From assembly GCA_007117035.1 (NCBI GenBank), contig SKHG01000036.1:7595-71594 (forward strand): a stretch of 64,000 bases of DNA, in the 5' to 3' direction. Origin of the DNA: Candidatus Campbellbacteria bacterium. GTDB lineage: Bacteria > Patescibacteriota > Minisyncoccia > Phycocordibacterales > CSBR16-193. Below, in pieces: positions 30,239 through 37,603 of the stretch (position 1 is its first letter; the number at the start of each line of letters is the position of its first letter). Under the pieces are notes generated by a model. It searched no databases. It was not told the origin of the DNA and saw only the letters and a list, made by a program, of their open reading frames with translations. The position numbers were made by a program, and so were the translations under genes.

Positions 30239-31204
30239 ATGGAAAATGCAATTTTAAATTTTAACAAACAGTTTTTGTTTCATCCTGAAGTGATTAATTC
30301 TGAAAATCTACAAACTCCTCCTGAAATGTTGGTAATAATCGGAATGGGGGGTTCCCATCTTTCTGGAGATGTTTTAAAAACTTTACGTCCATCTATTCCA
30401 GTAATAATCCATAGTGACTATGGTCTACCAGCGTTGCCTGAGAGTTCAATGAAAAAGACATTGTTTGTAGTTAGTTCATACTCTGGAAACACTGAAGAGA
30501 CTGTTGATGCTTTAACAGAGGCTATGAATAAGGGTTTGCATGTTGTAGTCATCACTACAGGAGGTAAGTTGCTAGAAATAGCCCAAGCTAACTCTTTACC
30601 GCATATCATTTTACCGGATGACGGTATCCAACCTCGAAGCGCACTGGGTTACTCAATCAAAGCTCTTGCTGAAATATCTGGGGATAGTAGTTTGAAAAAT
30701 GAATTAAACGATTTGTCTAAGTTAGAACCAGAAAGTTTCAAAAAAAAAGGTGTTCGTTTGGCAAAATTAATAAAAGGTAAAATTCCGATAGTTTACTCTT
30801 CAGTAAGATATCGTTCTGTAGCTTATAACTGGAAGATTAAATTTAATGAGACTGGTAAAGTTCCAGCATTTTATAATGTCTTTCCTGAACTTAATCATAA
30901 TGAGATGACAGGTTTTGATGTTCTAGATAGTAATAGTTTTTTGAGTGAAAAGTTCATCTGGTTATTTATTCAAGGTGGCGAAGAGCATCCTCAGAATCAG
31001 AAAAGAATCAAGGTTACTTCGGAACTATTAGAAGAGAGGGAATTGGAAACCATTTTGATTAAACTTCAAGGTTCTTCTGTCTCAGAAGAAGTCTTCTCAT
31101 CTCTTTTGATTGCTGATTGGGCATCACTCCAGAGTGCGAACTTCTATGGAGTAGAAGCAGAGGAAGTGCCAATGATTGAAGAGTTTAAAAAAAGGATTCA
31201 GTAG
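30239..31204 (+). CDS. Bifunctional phosphoglucose/phosphomannose isomerase (SIS domain)
   Basis: GMGGS, SSYSGNTEET, QPR, PELNHNE; start at ATG 30239 after the terminator and extended -10. Confidence 0.92.
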   Translation: MENAILNFNKQFLFHPEVINSENLQTPPEMLVIIGMGGSHLSGDVLKTLRPSIPVIIHSDYGLPALPESSMKKTLFVVSSYSGNTEETVDALTEAMNKGLHVVVITTGGKLLEIAQANSLPHIILPDDGIQPRSALGYSIKALAEISGDSSLKNELNDLSKLEPESFKKKGVRLAKLIKGKIPIVYSSVRYRSVAYNWKIKFNETGKVPAFYNVFPELNHNEMTGFDVLDSNSFLSEKFIWLFIQGGEEHPQNQKRIKVTSELLEERELETILIKLQGSSVSEEVFSSLLIADWASLQSANFYGVEAEEVPMIEEFKKRIQ

Positions 31205-31206
31205 TT

Positions 31207-32034
31207 ATGTATATACTTTTTGATATTGGAAGTAGTAAGACACGTGTATCTCTAACTGATAAAAAAACAGAAGAGGGTTTTTTAGATCCAGTTATATTTG
31301 ATACACCACAGAGCTTGGAGGAGGTCGCTGAACAAATTTCTTTATCAGTTGAAAACTTTGGTGTTTCTGGAAAAGTTGAAGGTGCTTTTGGGGGTGTAAG
31401 TGGTGTACGCGATGAAACTCATAGTATTGTTCATTACTCAGTAAACCGACCTTCTTGGTCAGGTCAGCCTGTGAAAGATATTCTAGAAAAAAAGCTGGGT
31501 GTCGAAGTCAATCTAGAGAACGATGCCGATCTTGTTGGTTTGGGTGAGGCGGTTTCAGGTGCGGGTATAAATCATAGTGTGGTTGTTTATATAACAGTCA
31601 GTACTGGTGTTGGTGGAGTTAGGATTGTTGACGGGCGAATTGATTCAGCGATTTATGGTTTCGAACCTGGTTTTCAAATAATTGATTCTCGTAAACCACA
31701 TGAATATGAAAGCACACTAGAAGGGAAGATTTCTGGAACAGCCTTTGAGAGAAAGTTTGGTTGTAAAGCATATCAGGTAACCAACAATGCACACTGGGAG
31801 CAGGCCTCACTAGACTGTGCGATTGGTTTGTATAACTCAATTCTACACTGGTCACCAGAGTTAGTAGTTTTGGGTGGTTCTATGATTGTTGGCACTCCTG
31901 GTATTCCCGTTGATCTTATAGCTAAAAATTTTCACGAACTAGGATCACACCTTCCCAATATACCGGAAATTAGAAAAGCTGAGTTAGGAAGTATTGGAGG
32001 TATATATGGAGCTTTAGCTATATCGAATTTTTAA
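31207..32034 (+). CDS. ROK-family sugar kinase
   Basis: FDIGSSK, LENDADLVGLGEA, TVSTGVGG. Confidence 0.88.
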   Translation: MYILFDIGSSKTRVSLTDKKTEEGFLDPVIFDTPQSLEEVAEQISLSVENFGVSGKVEGAFGGVSGVRDETHSIVHYSVNRPSWSGQPVKDILEKKLGVEVNLENDADLVGLGEAVSGAGINHSVVVYITVSTGVGGVRIVDGRIDSAIYGFEPGFQIIDSRKPHEYESTLEGKISGTAFERKFGCKAYQVTNNAHWEQASLDCAIGLYNSILHWSPELVVLGGSMIVGTPGIPVDLIAKNFHELGSHLPNIPEIRKAELGSIGGIYGALAISNF

Positions 32035-32109
32035 ATAAACATAAAGGTTGTCGCAATGTTGTTGCTTGTGATATATTGATAGACATAATTATTCGTAATA
32101 AATATCTAT

Positions 32110-32337
32110 ATGGGAATGAAAAGTTTTTTAATGAAGAAGATGTTGAAGTCTAAACTAAAACACCTTCCTCAGGATCAGCAAGATAAAATAATTGCGGCTA
32201 TTGAAAAAAATCCGCAGTTGTTTGAAAAAATGGCTAAAGAAATCAAGCAGTTGACAAAAGAAGGACAGAACGAAACCGCTGCCTCAATGCAGGTTATGCG
32301 AAAGTATCAGGCAGAACTTCGTGATTTGATGATGTAA
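32110..32337 (+). CDS. Small helical hypothetical protein
   Basis: Own TGATATATT promoter and downstream hairpin; IEKNPQLFEKMAKEI. Confidence 0.7.
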   Translation: MGMKSFLMKKMLKSKLKHLPQDQQDKIIAAIEKNPQLFEKMAKEIKQLTKEGQNETAASMQVMRKYQAELRDLMM

Positions 32338-32353
32338 ATTCTTTAAAGTTAAA

Positions 32354-32387
32354 AACAAAAAAACTCTGCTCTCAGAGTTTTTTTGTT
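32354..32387 (+). terminator. Intrinsic terminator
   Basis: AACAAAAAAACTCTG/CAGAGTTTTTTTGTT inverted repeat. Confidence 0.7.
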
Positions 32388-32427
32388 ACAAAGTTGAAAA
32401 GTTTTGTAGAACTGGCAGAATATAATA

Positions 32428-33297
32428 ATGAGTAAAAATAAAAATCGTTTCTGGCTTTGGTTTTTGGTAATAATTACAATAGTTGTTTTACTTGCTGTTA
32501 TATTAAATCGTTCCGGAATAGAACCAAGGATGATAAGTGGTATTCAGATACCTGAAATTTCAGATCATAACTCTGTTCATTTTACTGAGGTTTCAGACAG
32601 AATTGGAGAAAACTTATGGGTATATGGTAATCTAGACCATGTTTTTGTGTCTTCTAACAATAATTATTTTCTGAATTTCTGTGAAGATTTCAGAGACTGT
32701 CCGTTTAACTCTGTAATTTTTTCAAATCATGCTGATCAGTTTAATGATATAGAAGGATGGGTTGGTGAGATCTATATATATGGCAATATTTCTTATTATC
32801 AAAATCGAGCACAAATCGTCATAGAATATTCAGAGCAGGTTCGAATTGAAGATATAGATAATGAACAAGTAGAAAATAACTCCCTATTGTTTGAAGTCAT
32901 GTCTGTAATCGACGGTGATACAATCGTGGTTCGCGTTAATGGTTCATCTGAGTTTGTGCGTCTAATCGGAATAGATACTCCAGAGGTTTCTGGTCCGCAT
33001 ACTTCACAGGAATGTTTCGGTGAGGAAGCTAGTGTAAGAGTAATGGAGCTTTTGGAAGGTCGAAGGGTTGTTCTACTTTCCGACCCTCAAGGAGATGATT
33101 ATGATAAGTATGGTCGTCTCCTCCGTTATGTTTTTACAGAGGATGGTCAACATGTAAACGCTATGTTGATTGAAGATGGGTATGCCTTCTATTTTCCATA
33201 TAAACCTTTTGTTTTTATGGATTACTTTGCAAGGTTGGAAAAAGGCGCAAGGAAGGATATGTTGGGACTCTGGGGTGATGTTTGCGATTATAGGTAA
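32428..33297 (+). CDS. Membrane-anchored thermonuclease (SNase) with N-terminal OB-fold-like domain
   Basis: VIDGDTI, VRLIGIDTPE, DKYGRLLRYV, GLWG; OB-like YGNISYYQNRAQIVI. Confidence 0.9.
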   Translation: MSKNKNRFWLWFLVIITIVVLLAVILNRSGIEPRMISGIQIPEISDHNSVHFTEVSDRIGENLWVYGNLDHVFVSSNNNYFLNFCEDFRDCPFNSVIFSNHADQFNDIEGWVGEIYIYGNISYYQNRAQIVIEYSEQVRIEDIDNEQVENNSLLFEVMSVIDGDTIVVRVNGSSEFVRLIGIDTPEVSGPHTSQECFGEEASVRVMELLEGRRVVLLSDPQGDDYDKYGRLLRYVFTEDGQHVNAMLIEDGYAFYFPYKPFVFMDYFARLEKGARKDMLGLWGDVCDYR

Positions 33298-33363
33298 ATT
33301 TTTATTACAAAAAATTATTTAATTTAGTAATATTTAGCCTTAGGTTTGATGCAGTATTAATTT

Positions 33364-33762
33364 ATGCCTTATAAATTTCCAAAACCAACTAGTTATTTAT
33401 TAAAAGTTAAAAGAACAAAGGCTGGTCTTGGTTTGTTTGCTGACGAGTCAATTCCGCGCACGCAGTTCGTTATAGAGTACTTCGGAAGGATCTTAAGGGA
33501 CGAAGAGGTCAATTATAGGTCTGGTAAGTATCTTTTTGAGATTAATAATAATCTAACTATCGACGGTCGAACCCGGGAGAACAAAGCTAGGTACATCAAT
33601 CACTCTTGTAAACCAAACTGTCGAACTGATGTGTTTGGAAAAAGAATGTTTGTTTTTACTAAAAGAATGATAGAACCTGGTGAAGAATTAAGTTATGACT
33701 ACGGCAAAGAATACTTTGATGAGTTTATAAAACCTAACGGATGTAAGTGTGGAAATCATTAA
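33364..33762 (+). CDS. SET-domain protein-lysine methyltransferase
   Basis: GLGLFA, RYINHSCKPN, EELSYDYG, terminal CKCG. Confidence 0.93.
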   Translation: MPYKFPKPTSYLLKVKRTKAGLGLFADESIPRTQFVIEYFGRILRDEEVNYRSGKYLFEINNNLTIDGRTRENKARYINHSCKPNCRTDVFGKRMFVFTKRMIEPGEELSYDYGKEYFDEFIKPNGCKCGNH

Positions 33763-33818
33763 TCTAATTATTCACAATTAGACCTTGTTAAATATAATTT
33801 TGTTAGTATAATTAAAAT

Positions 33819-33899
33819 ATGAAGCAAGCAAGAACAATTAAGGTCGTGAGTGTGATTGTTATTTCCACCAGAGGTGGAGGACTTGCTTATGTCTCTTAA
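33819..33899 (+). CDS. Putative Val/Ile-rich leader peptide MKQARTIKVVSVIVISTRGGGLAYVS
   Basis: ATG 6 nt after TATAAT (33807); 7 of codons 7-15 are Val/Ile; followed by alternative hairpins and a terminator. Confidence 0.7.
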   Translation: MKQARTIKVVSVIVISTRGGGLAYVS

Positions 33900-33957
33900 A
33901 TAAATAAAAGTTTAGAAATATCAGCCAGCTCTTCACTAAAGATCTGGTTGTTCTTTT
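33864..33957 (+). promoter_or_regulatory. Transcription attenuator
   Basis: Protector TCCACC/GGTGGA; antiterminator 33873-33896 with 33914-33937 (20 of 24 pair); terminator 33922-33950 followed by TTCTTTT. Confidence 0.72.
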
Positions 33958-33991
33958 AATAAACAATCACAACCAAACGAAAGGAGTACCA

Positions 33992-34231
33992 ATGAAAGAA
34001 AAAATAAATAGTAATGAGTGTTCAGGCACTAATGGAAGTCACGACAGTCCTTTTCTTGCAAAAGGGGACTGGTGTAAATCAGATGATACTACCGGACTTC
34101 TTGATGTTTTTGGTGGAATGTGTCGAGCTCCGGCTCCGGCACAGTTTGCCACTAGCCTAAACAGTGATTCCAACCCTGAAACCCCATCATGGGAGTCTCC
34201 AAGAGGGTATGGATTAGTTTATGATGATTAG
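33992..34231 (+). CDS. 79-aa hypothetical protein downstream of the attenuator
   Basis: AAAGGAG SD 6 nt before the ATG; terminator downstream; no recognisable family. Confidence 0.65.
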   Translation: MKEKINSNECSGTNGSHDSPFLAKGDWCKSDDTTGLLDVFGGMCRAPAPAQFATSLNSDSNPETPSWESPRGYGLVYDD

Positions 34232-34246
34232 TTTATTCAATCATCC

Positions 34247-34300
34247 CCGCACAATTTTTTTATCCTGTAACAGGATTCATAAAATTGTGCGGTTTTTTTT
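34247..34300 (+). terminator. Intrinsic terminator with nested hairpin
   Basis: CCGCACAATTTT/AAAATTGTGCGG stem enclosing ATCCTGT/ACAGGAT, then T8. Confidence 0.85.
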
Positions 34301-34369
34301 AAAAAATATAATAACTTTGTTATCTTAAAATAATATTTTGTATGCATGTATTTACTCCGAATATTCTTA

Positions 34370-34399
34370 TTGACAAACATAATACTTATGTTATATAAT
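34370..34399 (+). promoter_or_regulatory. Sigma70 promoter
   Basis: TTGACA-18 nt-TATAAT. Confidence 0.7.
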
Positions 34400-34458
34400 A
34401 TAAAAGGAATTCAAATCATTCTGGTTTGAAATGAAAACAAAAAAAGGAGGAAGGGTAA

Positions 34459-34794
34459 ATGAAGTCATTACGTAACGCAAGAAGAATAGGTATTGATCAA
34501 AACGACTCCATACTAATTGCAATGTGCATCACAGCATTAGTTGTAGCGATATATTTTATTCAGTCTGACGATCGCCAACCGGTAGTTGTTTATGCTGAAT
34601 ATATAATGCAGGGAGGAGATCCTGGAACCGCAGTGGATGACACTCTCACACTACGTGGGTTAGTGAGATATGTTGAGGTTGATGGAAAAAGGTACAATCG
34701 GAAGTGGTACCTAGAAAATTATGATAACCTTCGCTTAGTCGACTTGATCTGGATAGAACCACAGTTCAACGAAAGAGACGAAAGTCTCTACTAG
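34459..34794 (+). CDS. Single-TM hypothetical protein (stand-alone unit)
   Basis: AAAGGAGG SD, one TM helix, own promoter and terminator. Confidence 0.7.
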   Translation: MKSLRNARRIGIDQNDSILIAMCITALVVAIYFIQSDDRQPVVVYAEYIMQGGDPGTAVDDTLTLRGLVRYVEVDGKRYNRKWYLENYDNLRLVDLIWIEPQFNERDESLY

Positions 34795-34807
34795 GATTAA
34801 AACAAAC

Positions 34808-34839
34808 ACCCGAACTCAAAACTGAGTTCGGGTTTTTTT
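34808..34839 (+). terminator. Intrinsic terminator
   Basis: ACCCGAACTCA/TGAGTTCGGGT stem plus T-tract. Confidence 0.9.
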
Positions 34840-35208
34840 GTAATTTTCTCGTACTTGATTAGTTTGTATCATTTTGGACTAGATAGTTTAGTACCATCAA
34901 GTATTGATGATTTTCCAGCCACTATACAAAAAATTCTTGAAAGGCATATTACACACCTCAAACCTAGATAAAAATTTATTAGAACATTAGAAAAAAATCT
35001 AAATCAAAAATATTATTTTTTCAGATATTACTTGAAAAATGAATAGTAATAATGGTATGGATAATAAAAAAGAATACAGATAAATTTATAATTTTGCCTA
35101 ACGAAATTGTTCCTTGTTAAAGAATGTTAGGTTTGCAAATTAATTTCGTGTTGGTATGATACTTTAGTATCTTAAACCCTTAAATCCTAAATCTAGAATC
35201 AAAAAAAT

Positions 35209-36306
35209 ATGTCATTATCTATCGGAATTGTCGGACTACCGAATGTTGGTAAGTCAACACTTTTTAATGCGCTGACCGAAAAGGCAGTGCCAGCTGAAAA
35301 TTACCCATTTTGTACTATTGATCCTTCTGTGGGGGTCGTACCAGTTCCAGACAGACGCTTGGAAAGTTTAGCTGATTTTAGTAAATCTGAATCGGTAGTT
35401 CCTGTTGTGGTGGAGTTTGTTGATATTGCTGGTTTGGTCCGTGGTGCTTCTAAAGGTGAAGGCTTGGGTAACGAGTTTTTGCAGAATATTAGAGATGTAG
35501 ATGTGATTGCACATGTGGTACGAATCTTTGACGATGACTCTTTGATACATGTTGAGGGTTCGGTTTATCCTGCTCGTGATATTGAGACTATAAACACTGA
35601 GTTATTGCTATCAGATATTGATACTGTTCAGAGAAGAATAGCGAAAACAGAACGAGATGTAAAAAAAGGTGATAAAGATGCTGTAGCTGAAAGCGAGAGT
35701 TTAAAGAAGGCTATTAATCTTCTGTCAGAAGGTTTGAGACTTTACGGGTCAAATCTTACTGACGATGAACGGAAAAGATTGAAACCTTTAAATCTTTTAA
35801 CTCTAAAACCAATGTTGTATGTTTTAAATAAAAAAGCAGGAGCCATTAATCTCGATGAAGTACGAGATGGCCGAATTGAAGACCTTGAGATGCAACTGGA
35901 CCGCGAAAATGCGCCTCAAGTTAAGATAGACGCTGGAATAGGTTCAGAATTACAAGGAATTGATCCTGCTGAGAAAGAAAGTTTTCGTTTGGAGCTGGGT
36001 GCCCAAGACGACGGTGTCGATTCATTAATTAAAAAAGGCTACGAAATGTTGGATTTGATTACATATTTTACAACAGGTGAAAAGGAAACTCGTGGTTGGA
36101 CTATTAGACGGGGATCCTCAGCTCCAGAAGCAGGATCAGCTATACACTCTGATTTTCAGGAAAAATTCATTAAAGCTGAAGTGGTGGAGTGGCAGAAATT
36201 ATTAGAAGCAGGTTCTAAATCAGAAGCTAGAGATAAAGGTTTGATAAGAACTGAAGGTAAGGAATATATTGTTAAAGACGGTGATGTAATTGAGTTTAAG
36301 ATATAG
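35209..36306 (+). CDS. ychF: Redox-regulated ATPase YchF
   Basis: GIVGLPNVGKSTLFN, NYPFCTI, DIAGLV, GKEYIVKDGD. Confidence 0.97.
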   Translation: MSLSIGIVGLPNVGKSTLFNALTEKAVPAENYPFCTIDPSVGVVPVPDRRLESLADFSKSESVVPVVVEFVDIAGLVRGASKGEGLGNEFLQNIRDVDVIAHVVRIFDDDSLIHVEGSVYPARDIETINTELLLSDIDTVQRRIAKTERDVKKGDKDAVAESESLKKAINLLSEGLRLYGSNLTDDERKRLKPLNLLTLKPMLYVLNKKAGAINLDEVRDGRIEDLEMQLDRENAPQVKIDAGIGSELQGIDPAEKESFRLELGAQDDGVDSLIKKGYEMLDLITYFTTGEKETRGWTIRRGSSAPEAGSAIHSDFQEKFIKAEVVEWQKLLEAGSKSEARDKGLIRTEGKEYIVKDGDVIEFKI

Positions 36307-36307
36307 T

Positions 36308-36336
36308 TTGACATATTTATTTATTTGTGCTATTGT
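36308..36336 (+). promoter_or_regulatory. Sigma70 promoter
   Basis: TTGACA-17 nt-TATTGT with an extended TG. Confidence 0.75.
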
Positions 36337-36387
36337 ATTTTTGGATTCTTGGTTCATAAACAAAAACAACAAAAAGAAAGGTAAAGA

Positions 36388-37458
36388 ATGAGAAAAGGAA
36401 TGCTACGTAACGTACTGTCGAATCTGAAAAGAATCGCAGTGCATTCGCGCATCCACCTCGATGAGGTGGTTGCAGTCTGGTTAATTTTCAAGTTTGGTGG
36501 AGATTTGATTAAAAATCTTCATGAACTTGAAATTATTGTCTGGCCGTCTGGTAATTCAACACCAGATGGCAAATCTGTAAGGAATCACATCCTTGCAGGT
36601 CTGCTACCGATAGGAGTCGGTGGAGGTGTAACAGACGAACACTCTCGCAACGGGAGTGGTCACTACGGTAAAAGTTCTGCAGAAATAATTGCAGAGCTTC
36701 TGGGGGTTCAGAATTTACCTGAACTTAAACAGATTCTGAAGATGGTTCACAGTGACGATGTCGAAGGATCCTCTAGTTTTGATCAGCTTGGACCATTGGT
36801 TCTTGCTTTGTCAAACGAGTGGGCAGATTCGCCAAAGTCTGTTGTAGACTACTTCAGCATTCTGTTAGATGCTCTATATGAAAGGCAGTGCCGATTTGTG
36901 GAGGGTAGAAAAGAGATTGCTCAGATTGAAAAGGAAGCACGGAAGGAAAGAGATGACTATCGTGTCCAATCAATCTGGATTCATGGTGAGAAGCTACGCC
37001 TTATAACAATTGAATCTGATAATGATCAAATTGTAAACTCGGCATGGAGCCGAGGATATGATGCGGTTATTAAAAGGTGTTCATCCGGACACACTCAGGT
37101 TTTGGCCAACAAAAGAGTAACGCTGGCAGAGTTAGATCGGGTTGCAACTCGATTAAGAATTAATGAGCTTCACCGGAGAGGAAAGGGTAACCAGATAAGA
37201 AAGACTAACCTTTCTTTGGACGGTCACCTTTCAGTAGCACCTGAGTGGTATTACCAGCGCGAGGCTGGAAGAATTATGAACGGATGCCATTCTGCTACCG
37301 GAGTCTCACCAACTCGCCTTTCACTGGAAGATATTCGCAAGATCGTTCTTGCGGCAATTAATCCTCCAGGAAGGAAGACTGTTCAAATAAAAAAGAGGGA
37401 AGAAGGGGGTTTATCCATAAATCGCGTCGCTGACGCAATGGAAAAAGTCTCTGTCTGA
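36388..37458 (+). CDS. Divergent MYG1-like metal-dependent hydrolase (putative)
   Basis: IAVHSRIHLDEVVA and VGGGVTDEH parallel the MYG1 motifs THxGxFHxDE and DVGG..DHH. Confidence 0.55.
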   Translation: MRKGMLRNVLSNLKRIAVHSRIHLDEVVAVWLIFKFGGDLIKNLHELEIIVWPSGNSTPDGKSVRNHILAGLLPIGVGGGVTDEHSRNGSGHYGKSSAEIIAELLGVQNLPELKQILKMVHSDDVEGSSSFDQLGPLVLALSNEWADSPKSVVDYFSILLDALYERQCRFVEGRKEIAQIEKEARKERDDYRVQSIWIHGEKLRLITIESDNDQIVNSAWSRGYDAVIKRCSSGHTQVLANKRVTLAELDRVATRLRINELHRRGKGNQIRKTNLSLDGHLSVAPEWYYQREAGRIMNGCHSATGVSPTRLSLEDIRKIVLAAINPPGRKTVQIKKREEGGLSINRVADAMEKVSV

Positions 37459-37465
37459 TAACTCT

Positions 37466-37509
37466 AAAACCCCAACTATTATATTAATGTATTAGTTGGG
37501 GTTTTTTTT
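37466..37509 (+). terminator. Intrinsic terminator
   Basis: AAAACCCCAACTA/TAGTTGGGGTTTT stem plus T-tract. Confidence 0.88.
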
Positions 37510-37603
37510 GTAGAAGATTGCTGGCTGTGGTATTGTAATATAATACTTAAGTTAATTTTAGATTTATATAATAATGTTTCTATCGAGTTTAATTTAGAAA
37601 ATT

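Noticed and set aside
34855-34971. 38-codon TTG ORF in the intergenic gap before ychF
   Set aside because: No SD or promoter and no recognisable motif
35171-35200. CTTAAA/CCTAAA short repeats before ychF
   Set aside because: Only three to four degenerate units in AT-rich DNA
37574-37597. uORF MFLSSLI upstream of leuS as a Leu sensor
   Set aside because: Only two non-adjacent Leu codons, and no terminator or alternative structure
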